64,000 nucleotides of DNA, taken from NCBI RefSeq assembly GCF_001194135.2, contig NC_069004.1:12596686-12660685 (forward strand). Reading direction: 5' to 3'. Below the pieces are notes generated by a model that saw nothing but the letters and a program-made list of their open reading frames with translations, did not search any database and was not told the DNA's origin. Positions 26,020-38,605 of this stretch are shown in pieces. This stretch comes from Octopus bimaculoides (Eukaryota). The number at the start of each line of letters is the position of its first letter. Position 1 is the stretch's first letter. The position numbers were made by a program, and so were the translations under genes.

Positions 26020-26442
26020 TTACATTATTTACATTTGACGGATATTCGTCCTCATCTTGTTTGTTGTTAACACAACGTTTCGGCTGATATACCCTCCAGC
26101 CTTCGTCAGGTGTCTTGGGGAAATTTCGAACCTGGGTTCTCATTCCTATCGATGTTACTATTATTATTATTATTATTATATTATTATTATTATTAATCAG
26201 GTCGCTGCCGTGAATCGAACTCGGAACCTTGGGGTTAGTAGCCCGCGCTCTTAACCACTACGCCATATGCCCGTGGGCAATTATGGGGTGAATTTTAAGG
26301 TTTATAAATCTATTATTTTTCTATCCTTTCTCAATACCAGTATATCAGCCGAAACGTTGTGTTAACAACAAACAAGATGAGGACGAATATCCGTCAAATG
26401 TAAATAATGTAAATAATTCCTCATCTCTTAAATATAGAACTG
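26020..26442 (-). mobile_element. Penelope-like non-coding insertion: tRNA-like head, (AAT)n, hammerhead and inverted arm
   Basis: 14-bp direct repeat TATAAGATCACCAT at 26006-26019 and 26443-26456. Perfect 75-bp inverted arms at 26018-26092 and 26340-26414. It interrupts a copy of the repeat arrayed at 44545-46262. Confidence 0.8.
26070..26113 (-). ncRNA. Minimal type I hammerhead ribozyme, intact core
   Basis: On -: ACAC-CTGACGA-a-GGCTG gagggtatat CAGCC-GAAA-CGTT-GTGT. 4-bp stem I, 5-bp stem II, palindromic AACGTT. Confidence 0.78.
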
Positions 26443-26648
26443 TATAAGATCACCATGTCGTGCACATATGGTTGTGATGAGTGTGTCTGGTGTACCCTTA
26501 GATGGGTAGTCATGATAGTTATACTGGGCTTCGTATATTTGTACCCCTGTGTCACTTTGATGGCATGCACTGCTCTCTCACACAATGATGATAATAATAA
26601 TGATAATAATAATAACATTAATAATAATAATAACAATAATAATAATAA

Positions 26649-27671
26649 TGTGGCAGAGGACTAATTAGCATAGACCATTGTATAATGAGTGAAAGGAAAA
26701 TGCTTGCCAAGTATTTGATAAATAGTGATGAAGACCTGCTGCAATATGCCACGAAAGATATGGGTGTAAATGCAGATGAAATGATGGGCAAGGCAGAGTT
26801 TAACCAAAGAACTGAGAAGAGAAAAGAAGACCTTTTTGAAATGAGAATGCATGGGCAGTTTGAAAGGAATACACAAGACGTTAAGGGTAATACAGCATCG
26901 TGGGCATGGCTTGAGCGAGGTGATTTGAAGCATACCACCGAAAGCCTGATCATTGCTGCACAAGACCAGGCTCTTGCTACCAATTCAGTGAAGTATAACA
27001 TCTATAAAACTTCTGACACCCAGAAATGCAGACTCTGAGGAAAGAGTGTGGAAAATGTGACCCACTTGGTAAGTAGATAGAGCCTTGCACAAAAAAAATA
27101 CAAGCGCCACCATGATAAAGTGTGTGTGTATCTTCATTGACTCTTGTGCTGTAAATACCAATATGAAGTAACAGAGAACTGGTATGAGCAAGTACCAAGT
27201 AAAGTTATGCAGGAAGATGGAGAAGTAATGATACTCTGGGACTATGATTTTCAGATGGATAGTGTAATCAAACACCGTCAGCCGGATGTTGTCATATTGA
27301 ACAAGAGAGACAAATACTGTCAGATCATTGATGTAGCCATACCAAATGACATGAATGTTGTGAGTAAAGAGGTTGAAAAAAATCATCAAGTACTCCAAAC
27401 TGAAAGAGGAAATGGCAAGACTGTATGGAATGTGAGAGGGTAATGTAAAAGTGATATCAGTGCTGATTGATGTGTTGGGCTCAATCCCATTGAAACTTCA
27501 AGACTTCTTAAGGCAACTGGGAATCCCATGCAAGATTGATGTCTTGCAAAAAGCAGCTTTATTGGGCACAGCGCACATCTTAAAGAAAGTATTATGTGTC
27601 TGAGGTCCTTGTTGTGACTTAATAGATGACTAAAGACTCCGGTGCATTTTTACCTACACTGTGTTACAAAG

Positions 27672-27701
<30 letters not shown>
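26649..27701 (+). mobile_element. 5'-truncated R4/Dong-clade (RLE) non-LTR retrotransposon
   Basis: GRGL...IIAAQDQAL.T...C-x2 knuckle start, LWDY...RQPDVV...IIDVAIP (PD..D endonuclease), GTAHILKKVL*. Stops and frameshifts present. (AAT)n on both sides. Confidence 0.88.
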
Positions 27702-27702
<1 letters not shown>

Positions 27703-28791
27703 TCTGTTCTTTGTAGTCTCATGTGATAATTATCAATACTTACAAAATTGTTAGAAAGATAATTGATTTCAGTTAATGAAGTTTTAATAAACTTGTACTT
27801 ATGAGTGTATTATGCCTTATGAGTGTATTAGGTAGATGAAAACTGTGTGGAAGTCTGTTGTAGGTGTGTGTGTGTGTTTGTTTACTACCCACCAATGCTT
27901 GACAACCAGTGTTGATTTGTTTACATCCATATAAAATAGCAATTCAGCAAAAGAAACAGATAATATAAGTACCAGACTTAACAAACAAACAAAAAAAAAC
28001 TGGGATCAATGGGTTTGACGAAAACTCTTCAAGGTGGTGTCCCAGCATGGGCACAGTTTATTAACTGAAGCAAATAAAAGATAAAAGATATATCTCAACA
28101 AACACAGGATGTGTGCAGCTGGAATGTCACTCACCCTTCAGTCATTATTTTTCCCACCCCATCATCCACCCACAGCCATATCACGACAATACTGGCTGTG
28201 AGGTAGAGGTGGGCATGGGTGGCCTGTTATCTCAGAACAACAAACACAATATTTCATAACAGAAGATAAAAAAAAAATTAATTTCTTATTATGATCCATG
28301 TGTGAGATTATTAACTTGTTAGCATTCATATTATTGTCAAAATTAATGCTTTTTTATTTACATTGCTTTGAATTAATCATGCCTTATCTTGTAGCAATGA
28401 GATTTTGATGAGGTAACTGTTAATTCTTTAGAACGATATTGTAGGGTTGGTGTGAGAGGCCAAATCTGGCCAGTTTGAACCTAAGGCAGGTAAAATATTT
28501 TTGAATTAATCATGCATTATCTCGTAGCTTTGAGATTTCGATGATGTGATTGTTTATTTTTAGAATGACATTGAAGGATAGGTGTAAGAGACCAGAACTA
28601 GCATGTTTGAACATGGAACAGATAGACTATTTAGGCCAGACATGACCAGTTTAATTGCCAAAAGGTTAATAATTATTATCAATTTATACCATGTTATAAA
28701 CTCTTCAGCACTTGAATCGGCCATTTGACAGAGTAATCTGAATGCTAGATAGCTTATCCTCATTTCATCATTTTTTAACCCTTTATTCTTA

Positions 28792-29024
28792 TAAACCCTT
28801 TAGCATTTAAACTGACCATGTCTGACCTAAATAGTCTATCTGTTCCATGTTCAAACATGTTAGTTCTGGCCTCTTACACCTATCCTTCAATGTCGTTCTA
28901 AAAATAAACAATCACATCACTGAAATCTCAAAGCTATGAGATAATGCATGATTAATTAATTCAAATCAATGTGGATAAATAAGCATTGCATTTGACAGAG
29001 AAATCTGAATGCTAGAGAGTTAAT
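28792..29024 (+). mobile_element. piggyBac-like MITE (TTAA-CCCTTTAGCATT...AATGCTA(A/G)AGGG-TTAA family)
   Basis: CCC-starting ends with TTAA-like flanks. Related copies at about 28300-28669 (-), 53808-54024 and 55031-55210. A CCCTTTCG variant occurs at 940-1082 (-) and 25346-25470. Confidence 0.7.
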
Positions 29025-29250
29025 CCTCATTTCATTATCTTTTTAACTTCCACTTTTCCATGCTGGCATGGGTTGGATGGAGTTTATCGAGGCAGATTTT
29101 TTTGTATAGCTGGATGACTTTCCTGTCACCAACCCCTCACAGTTTCTGAGTCAGGTAATATTTCCCCCCTGGTCAGACATGTTCTTGCAGAATATTGTAA
29201 ACAAATGACATTCATTTACAACAATCACACAATGTGATGCCAAGACAAGA

Positions 29251-29302
<52 letters not shown>

Positions 29303-31071
29303 TACATGATAGGCTTCTTTTAGTTTCTTATTTCTTTACTGCCCACAAGGAGCTAAACACAGAGGGGACAAACAAGCACAGACAAAGGTATTAAGCTGAT
29401 TACATCAACTCCAGTGCGTAACTGGTACTTAATTTATCGACCCCAAAAGGATGAAAAGCAAAGTTGACCTCGGCGGAATTTGAACTCAGAACATAGCTCA
29501 CCACCCTCAGTTCTTTTAGTTTCTGTCTACCAAATCCACTCACAAGGGGCTGCAGTAGAAGACACTTGTAGTGAGATTGAATTGGAAACCATGTGGTTAG
29601 GAAGTGAAGTTCTTAAGCACCGAGCTACCTAGCACACACACACCCCTGTGATTAACAGCAGTGACATATAGTGGGAGGAAAACTTATTGGATTCTAAATA
29701 ACTTCTTTCATTTAAACAGATTAAAAGCAAAACAAAGAATGTGTTTCTTAAAACAAACAAGTAGGTTTTCAATCTTATCTTCTTGCTGATCTCATCATAA
29801 AAACAAAATGGATTACTGTCAGGAAAACAAAACAGGAAAACAAAAAACCTTTCTCTACAGATAACAACAGCAACAACAACAAAAGTAACAATGACCTAAC
29901 AACAAACAAGATAAAGAGTGGAAAACTGTTTCTTGTTTATTAAATATTTTTTATTTACGAATCTTTTTCAATGAAATGTTAAAATAAAATAAGGCTTTAT
30001 TATCATTTTGTTGTTGTTGTTAAGTCTAGAGTGGCTTTTGATTTGAACAAACCAATGAACAAAGGCATTCCAGTCGTGACCACCCACATTTATAAATATT
30101 AACTTCTCATTTCCAAACTATTTACTTCCACAAACAAAACTAAGAGTTTTTCAGTGAAAAGTACGTTTCAATTTATTTATTGAAATTAACTTCCGTACCA
30201 ACATGGAAGACGTATGTTTAAATGCGATGATGACGACAACAATGATGGTGACGAGGATTATGATGACAATGACAGTAATGATGATAATGATGATGACGAT
30301 GAGGAGGAGGAAGCGGAAGCCTTTTGAGAAAAAATCTTGAATGTTTTTAAATAATAATTAACCCATTCCATTATACAACAGAGGCAGCAGAGAGCATTCA
30401 TATATTGAACCTGTTATTACTGATAATCAATATTGATTTCTAAAACAGGTTCACCAACTACCAATGTACTGACCCCCACTATTTAACTGGTATGTTATTC
30501 TATCAACCTCCAGAAAGATTAAAAAAAAAACTCAAGCTGACTCTCATAGGATTTGAACTCTGGATGTCAGTAACTATAACTAAAAACTGGTGGTAGCAAT
30601 AATAATAATAATCCTTTCTGTTATAGGCACAAAGCCTGAAATTTTAGGGGAGGGGACTAGTCAGTTACCTCAACTCCAGTGTTTCACTAGTACTTAATTT
30701 ATCGGCCCTGAAGGAATGAAAAGCAAAGTTGACCTCGGCGGAATTTGAACTCAGAACGTAAAGATGTACGAAATGCTGCTAAGCATTCTGCCAGGTGTGC
30801 TAATGATTCTGCCAGCTCGCCACCATATTAATAATAATAATAATAATAATCCTTTCTACTAAAGGTACAAGGCCTGAAATTTGGGGAGAGGGGACTAGTT
30901 GATTACATTGACCCCAGTGTTTCACTGGTACTTAATTTATTGACCCTGAAAGGATGAAAGGTAAAGTTGACCTTGGCAGAATTTGAACTCAGAAAGTAGT
31001 GATGGCTGAAAAACTGCTAAGCATTTTGCCTAGCGTGCTAATGATTCTGCCAGCTCATCCCCTTAATAATA

Positions 31072-31108
<37 letters not shown>

Positions 31109-32189
31109 AATATGGAGAAAAAAAATCATCTGTGAAAAACACATACAGTGAGACATACATACACACAGATACACACAAAGATGCATACACACACGTACAA
31201 ATATGTACACACTCAGACAGAGACAAGGTTAAATTGTTGATAAGGTAAAGTGTCATCTGGCCAGAGTCATTCTGGATAGCAACACCACCACCAACAACAA
31301 CAACACAAAGTGTTTTGTAAACAAACAAAAAAGAAACGAGAAATAGGAAAAACAGGTGGAAGGTTTCATAAGTCACACACAACGAACTGTTAATATTATT
31401 GACAATTAAATACAAAGACATTGGTATTTAACATACTACAGAAGGTGGGGGCCACTTAACTTCCTTGTACATATATACTTGAGGTTTAATGTACCAAATA
31501 GGAGGGGAGAGATACTAACATACCCGACCTACGCTTACAATACTAGAAGGTTGAACATAAATTGTGGATTGAAAACACTCAGTAAATAAGCATACTTCCC
31601 AACGACATGGTTCTGAGTTCAGCCTCACTGTGTGGCATCATGGGCAAATGCTTTCTACTATAGCCTCGGGTCAACCAAAGCCTTGTGAGTGGTAGAATTT
31701 AGTAGAAGGAAACTGAGAGAAGCCCACCATCATCATCATCATCACTTAACATCTGTTGTCCATGCTGGCATGGGTTGGATGGTTTGACCAGGGCTGGAGA
31801 GCTGCACTAGGCTCCAGTCTGTTTTTGGCATGGCTTCTGTGGATGGATGCCCTTCCTAATGCCAACCACTTTACAGAGTGTGCTGGGTGCTTTTCATGTG
31901 GCACCGCACAGGTGCTTTTACATGGCACTACATGGGTGCTTTTATGTAGCGTCACATGAGCATTTTTATGTGATGCTGCATAGGCATATTTACGTGGCAC
32001 TGCATGGGTCCTTTTACGTGGCACAGACACTTTTATGTGACATAGCTCAGGTCAAACCGTCCAACCCATGCCAGCATAGACAACAGATGTTAAATGATGA
32101 TACTGATGATGATGATGATGATGGTAATGATGATGGGCTTCTTTTAGTTTCTGTCTACCAAATCCACTTACTTTAAAAGGAAAGTGAGG

Positions 32190-32615
32190 GTGGAGAGGGA
32201 GGTGCTGTCCTCAAATGAATTTTTATCAAAAGGTGGGTGAGAGTTGCGAAAATGGCAAGAGTGGATAGTACCACTCTAAGTGTAGTCCAATGAGGCAGAG
32301 AAAAAGGAATTGGAGAGAGTATCTGTCCTTTGTATTCAGGGAGATCTTGGACGGAGGAGTTCCTTGAATAACCCAAGAGGTCCTCCTGCATCAGGAGGAC
32401 CACATTACTGTCATTTTTCGTTACCCTTTCTCTTACTGTCGTATACTGTGTATACTTCCCTTCTTTTATTGCACACCGAGCATACTTTTCTTTTCCTTCT
32501 TTTTTTATCATTCCATAGAATGTAACCCCCAACACTCTATGTCTGTCTTTGTACTGTCCCCGCAACCCCATAACTTCACCCTGGTGGTAAATGAAAGAAA
32601 TCATCATTATTATTA
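32190..32615 (+). mobile_element. LINE 3' end with ccctggtggtaaatgaaagaaat tail
   Basis: Coding-like segment, then a pyrimidine-rich UTR and a tail resembling the ...ccttgtggccaataaa tail at 33110-33130. Clade not determined. Confidence 0.45.
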
Positions 32616-34006
32616 TTATTATTACTATTCTTATTATTATCAAGGCAGCTAGCTGACAGAATTGTTAGCATGCCGGGCAAAATGCTTAGTGGTATTTCGT
32701 CTGCCGCTACATTTTGAGTTCAAATTCTGCCGAGGTCAACTTTGCCTTTCATTCTTTCAGGGTTGATGAAATAAGTAACAGTTATGCACTAGAGTCGAGG
32801 TAATCAACTAGTCCCCTCCCTACAAAAATTTTCAAGGCCTTGTGCCCAGAGTAGAAATAATAATAATTCTTATTTTTTCTGACCAGGCTCCCGTGGTTTT
32901 ATGGGTTTTTCCACGTGTAACCTTTCCTTTTTCGAAGCGCCTCCCCCTTTGGGAGTTCTACTTATTTATTTATCTATTTATTTATCTATTTATTTATTAT
33001 ATCTTTCTCCGTTTTCTTCCTCTGTTTAGACGAACTTTCCTACCTTTTCGGACAAAACCTTTTGCAACCTTCGTCCTGTCTTTGTCCTTATATGTTTTTA
33101 ATTGATATTAGCCCTTGTGGCCAATAAAACGAATTAATTATTATTATTATTATTACTATTCTTCTAATTATTATTCTTATTTTTATTATTATTAATGCAA
33201 TGAGCTGTCAAAATTGTTAGCATGCAGGGTATGCATTGCCCCTCCGATGCCATTTTTTTAATTGTTGTTGTTGTTGTTATAATAATAATAATAATAATAA
33301 TAACAATAATAATAATAATAATAATAATAGCAGCAAGCTGACAGAATCATTAGTGCACCAAGGAAAGCGCTTAGTGGCATTTCTTCCGACTTTACATTCT
33401 GAATTCAAATGTTGCCAGGGTCAACTTTGCTTTCCATCTTTTCAGAGTCAATAAAATAAGTACCAGTTGAATACTGGGGTCAATGTCATTGACTTAACCC
33501 CCTCATTTAAATGACTAGCCCTGTGTCAAAATTTGAAACTATTATTATTGTCGTCACTATTGTTTTTGTTGTTGTTTGTTGTTTTCGTAAGAGATAAAAT
33601 CAAAGACAATCCTCTCTCTAAAGATATCAAAAAACAGAAAACTAAAAAGTCTATGAATGCCAGTGTCAATGGCAGATCTTATCTCCAGATTTTGAAATAC
33701 TAAACAAATGACTAACAACAAATATGTTTTCTAGATAAACTTGAGATGTCTGTCCCTCTTCTATTAAAGCAGACTGAGGCATTTTAAACTCCTGCAGTAC
33801 GATATGAACTTATAATTCATCAACACACAATAACTTGGGTTTCAGCAATAATTAGCCTTGGGCTAACTTTAAAAATTACTGCAACCAAGTGAGGTCTTTT
33901 AAGTCATATTCTGGAACACCTAGATCACTCAAGTAGGGAGTTATTGTTTACCAAAATATCTTCAGGTGTTGGTGGTTTATCTAGTAATTCTTGCACTTCA
34001 TATTTG

Positions 34007-34089
34007 AGGCTCTGATGAAGCTGTAAGGTGTTTACTCAGGCACTTAACTATGTGTCCACTGCATCTTATAGCAGAAACGGCTGTAAGCT
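34007..34089 (+). ncRNA. Second copy of the extended-stem-II hammerhead, intact core
   Basis: GGCT-CTGATGA-a-GCTGTAAG...CTTATAGC-a-GAAA-CGGCTG-TA-AGCT. Differences from the 24393 copy remain compatible with pairing. Confidence 0.7.
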
Positions 34090-34269
34090 AATGAAGTTCA
34101 TAAGATAATCATTTATCTCTTTGTCATCTCATTTTCTTGATGATGATTCCTGAGAGAATTAGGTACTTAAATAATATGCACCAGGTAGGATTATACACAC
34201 ACACGCCATCAACATTCAGCGAGCACGGCAGCAGTTTCATAGTCATCAAACAATGATAATCCAACTCAC

Positions 34270-34349
34270 CTTAATGTCTCGATGAGCAATATCCATAGAA
34301 TGTAGATGATCGATAGCAGTAGCAATATCTCTGATGATGGCAGCAGCTT
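34270..34349 (-). CDS. MAPKAPK2: MAPKAP kinase 2 exon (EAAAIIRDIATAIDHLHSMDIAHRDIK), catalytic loop
   Basis: tttgtag acceptor, AAG|gtgagt donor, 80 bp, phase 1-0, HRDxK motif. Confidence 0.95.
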
Positions 34350-34599
34350 CTACAAAAACAAACAATATTTCTCTTAAATATAAATGCTTAAACACAATAA
34401 ATATATGCATGCAGTGGATAAAAGTACATACACACACACATACATAGAGGGTGTGGTGAATAAACTGTTGTTTAAATTTCGCAAAAATGAAAAATAACAC
34501 TGACATCTCATTTTAACAGATATATTTACCAAGATTACATAAAAAATATCTTGAAATATTAAGGAGTAAATCTATTCAATAAAATTGCCATTGGCTTCA

Positions 34600-34920
34600 A
34601 CCACGGCCTCCAGATGACTTCAGAATCTCCAGGACAAACATATTCTGAACCAAACATTTTTGAGAATGGAACAAGTTTAGAAGTCATTGATACCTTTGTT
34701 TACCTTGGAAGTAAACTGTCAAGAGATGGTGGTCTTGAACAGAGATATACTATCGAATAGGGAAGGGAAGTGTTGCATTTGGAAATCGTAAAAAGCAAGT
34801 ATGGCGGATAAAGGTATTTTCCTGCAGACAAAAATCAGTGTCTATAAAGCATGTACTTCTTTATTCACGTGAGACAAGGACAACTTACAAGTGTTGTATA
34901 AAAATGCTGGAGAGATTGTT
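34600..34920 (+). mobile_element. RTE/BovB-like RT C-terminal fragment
   Basis: LEVIDTFVYLGSKLSRDG...RIGK...AFG...TKISVYKA. Degenerate. Confidence 0.7.
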
Positions 34921-36146
34921 ACACTAGTGGCACATTGTAACTAGTGTTATACCAAGTGTAATAAGTGGGTGCGGGTAAAAGGGGGGGGATTAAAGGCACA
35001 TGACTCAGTTGTTAGAGTGCTGGGCTCACAATCAGGAGGTGTGAGCTTGATTCCCAGATCGGGCTGTGTGTTGTGTTTTTGAGCATGGCACTTTTTTGCT
35101 CAAGGTGCCATACAATGGGACTGAACCCAGACCATGTGGTTGGGAAGCACACTTCTTACCACACACAATCCCACTTGATAAATGACTATCATGGTGCTAG
35201 TTCTATCTCATTCATGGCGAAATCACCACACCCTCACTCACATTACAACAGAACCAGTCCTGTAACACTTGGTTCTTGTTAAATAAATTAATACATCCTC
35301 TACTTAATGTACTGGGCCTGTTGCTTTAATCATTAAATCATCAACATCCTGGGGCATCTACCACCTTCAGGAGTTTAGTCACTTAACACGAGGACATACT
35401 GTATTGTTCTTTATTCACAAAGTTATGTTGTTTGTAAACCTATTAATCATTCATTGAAGTGTTGTTTGCGCATCTAAAATTTCACTCATTCCACACATAT
35501 TTGAAATTGTAGTGAATAAAATGTCCACTTGATAAATAAACCTTCACTCATGAGTACATCAAAACCAATGTCTCACCATTCAGCTGTGTCCTCTCTATCC
35601 CTTGTGTCTATCTAATATTACAACAGTCTCTGCCCCTTCTCAATCCATCACTAAACACTTTCTCTGCATCTTTCTAGAACAACCTCCTTCCCTATATCCC
35701 CCCCCCCCACTAAACAACTCACTTTCAAAAGATTTAACTCAGTGGTTCTCAACCAGGGTCCATATAAGATTTTACTGTTAAAATTAATCTGCAATAAAAT
35801 TGGTTATACTTCTACAATGCACAAAGTATTTTAACAATTTTTTTTTATATAAAATTCCTAATAATATTTAATTATAAAAATATATGATTTTGTTTTAAAT
35901 GGAGGTCCAGTGGAGTAGAATAGGAATCAATGGGGTCTGTAGGCAAAAATCCCACTGTTGTTTCCCAGTGTAGAAGGTTCAGGAAAACCTTCACACATTG
36001 ACCATTCTCAATAGATTCTAAATATTTGAAGACAGCTCTTCTTTACTATATTAAATTATGAAGAGGTCAAGAAAGGCTGAACACCTCACACTTGCTAGGT
36101 ATAGTTTAAAGAAACACTCAATCCATTAGGAATAGGGATTCCTTAC

Positions 36147-36211
36147 CTTGTTCAGTAAATGCTGAATGTGTTCTTTCTTGGATTCTAGTAAATAATTCTC
36201 CACCTTTCATA
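36147..36211 (-). CDS. MAPKAPK2: MAPKAP kinase 2 exon (C/MKGGELFTRIQERTHSAFTEQ/E)
   Basis: ttcttctattgcag acceptor and G|gtaagg donor on -, 65 bp, phase 2-1. Matches the MK2 hinge region GGELF.RIQ.R...FTE. Confidence 0.93.
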
Positions 36212-36375
36212 CTGCAATAGAAGAAGAAAAGTATTGAAGTTTATGTTAAATGTTGCTGGCATGAAGACTAAATCATTAATGTCTTGCTGACTAATTGACT
36301 GAAATTCCAGAATGTTCAAGGTTTCATTAGAAAATATAGTTAAAAGAAGATTAGTTCAAACATTAACGAAAACAC

Positions 36376-36870
36376 AGGTCCATCTGGAATTGTATATGGC
36401 ACACAGGCCAATAGGAATGATGGATGGCACACGGGGCCAATGAGAATAACATATGGCACACAGGGCCAATAGGAATTATGTAGCACACAAGGCCAGTAAG
36501 AATGACATGGCACACAGGGCCAGTAAAAATGACATATGGCACACAAGGCTAATATAAATGACATATGGTAAACAAGGCCAATAAAAATGACATACAGCAC
36601 ACAGGGCTAATAGAAATGACACATGACATACAGGGCCAATAGGAATGATATGGCACATAGGGCCTATAGGAATAACAAATGTCACACAGAGCCAATAGGA
36701 ATGACAGGTATGGCACACAGGGCCACTAGGAATCAGCTTTATGATCAGAACCATCTACAATCTCTTTCCTATTGTCCCAAACTCTAGGACAAATGGGAGA
36801 AAAGACTGTAAATATAAGCTCTTCTTTGTACAGGGGTGGACAGACTGTAAGAGATAATGTGCAGTCGATG
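36376..36870 (+). mobile_element. HERO/R2-like (RLE) retrotransposon relic with an internal minisatellite
   Basis: WN(C)IWH[repeat]TGPLGISFMIRTIYNLFP resembles the W.D.W..EP.RISF.IRS.YD.LP block of HERO-type elements. Confidence 0.55.
36392..36733 (+). repeat. Minisatellite, 12 degenerate units of about 27-29 bp (consensus CATATGGCACACAGGGCCAATAGGAATGA)
   Basis: Units counted directly in the sequence. Confidence 0.9.
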
Positions 36871-37862
36871 CTGTAAGGTTGTTCATTTGTAGACTTAAAT
36901 AGTTGTAGGAAATTTGAAGTCAACGTAAAAGTAGTTCCAAAGAAAAATCAAAGGAAACATGCCCCACACCACCTTCTCTGACAATGCTACAGAATGGGAA
37001 ATGGAAGTAAATTTGATGGAATTTCAAGGAGAGAGTAGAAAGCAATGAGACACATTCCACATCTCAGATTATGTGAATAAAAATAGAACAGGACCGAACT
37101 ATGTCATTTGACTCTCAGATTAATGAAGAATTCAAAGTGGTTGATTACAGTGGTTGGTTTCACAGTTGGCACAATTTGGGTTAGGCTGGGTTGCTCGTCT
37201 GAAGTAACAAGAATGAGAATATAAGTGGAGGGAATGATGAATAATCTGATCAGAACTTACATAATTAGGGGTTAGAGGCTGAATAAGTTTGAGAACCCTT
37301 TGGAGGAGGTGGCAGAAAATGCATTAACTCTATGTCTGTGACAGGATGTGAGAGAAAGAAATCAGTTTATTCTGAGAAATTCTATAAAACAGCAATAAAT
37401 CCAGTGATTAACTAAAAGCACACAAATTCAAAATCACAATAAGGAACCTGTCTATGCATACCAGTAATAGCAGGAGAATGTCTGGAAGAATACCAAGAAG
37501 TTGAGAATGAAAAAACTAATTTAGCAATCCCTTCTGCCAATCTTTCAGCTCTTCAAGTCCCACACAAGAAGTCTAAAGGCACTTCTTGTTTTATACAAAT
37601 AGATGTTTTGATGAAAGCAGATTCTATTTAATATGCTAAATCACAATGTTTGGCTTAACATTGCCACAAAGTTAAATATTTAGAAATTAAATAACAGAAA
37701 CATGACCAAGGAAAGTATAGCTGGACTATCCTAAACTATTTGCATTAGGAGAGTCACCTAAGTATGTAAATATGTATGTGGACACATCCTATGAATGTAT
37801 CAGTTATTAACATTCAACATTAAGAAAAATTAATTAGCCATATTAACAGTATTCTTAACAGA

Positions 37863-37896
<34 letters not shown>

Positions 37897-38605
37897 CCTA
37901 TAGAAAAAATAAAGTTAAGGTCTCAGTTTGCCATAACAGGATTTCAAATTCAGTTGTCAGACTTTTACCAACAATTAGAGATATCGGCAAAACTTAAGAA
38001 CAGCTTCACAATATCCTAAAATCATTTTGGTTCCTGTTCAAGTTCTTAGTAAATAAGATATTTCCAGTGTGTCACATCCTTTTACTTGACAACACAACAG
38101 ATTTAGGTGAACAACAATCTAAAAATAAAATCTCTCCAGAGACCCAACCTACTAGACAGAGCAGATAGATGACCCTCAATTCACATTCTACTAACCTAAG
38201 CAAGATAAAAGGCACCTGTAGGGTAGTAGGGATGTAGGCTTAGAATATTTGTGAAAGAACGACTGGAATATCTTTGAATTATAGTTCTGTGTTTAATGAC
38301 GATCAACTTGAGAATAAACAAGAACTGCGCCGCCGCCGCCGCCACCACCACCAACAACAACAACAACTAGCTTGGCTCAAAACAAACAAGACTACAAGTA
38401 ATGCCTACAAATTCCACCACCATTTCCCTTCTTAGCAGCAACACCAAAGACTATCAGGCACAACCATTCGCCACACTCAACACTATACACACACACACAC
38501 ACACACACACATACACATACAAATACACACATATTTTTTTTTTTCATTTTATCTAGTTTCAGCTCATGAGCTGTGGCCATGCTGGGGCACCGCCATTAAT
38601 GGTTA

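Noticed and set aside
26198-26272. Possible tRNA gene on - (anticodon-like ACT); also the head at 40196-40275
   Set aside because: A and B boxes are present but there is no acceptor-stem pairing and the anticodon stem is mismatched. These are tRNA-derived heads, not tRNA genes.
36392-36733. CRISPR-like array (also considered for 43750-43846 and the SINE stacks)
   Set aside because: The units are contiguous with no unique spacers, there are no cas genes, and the context is eukaryotic.
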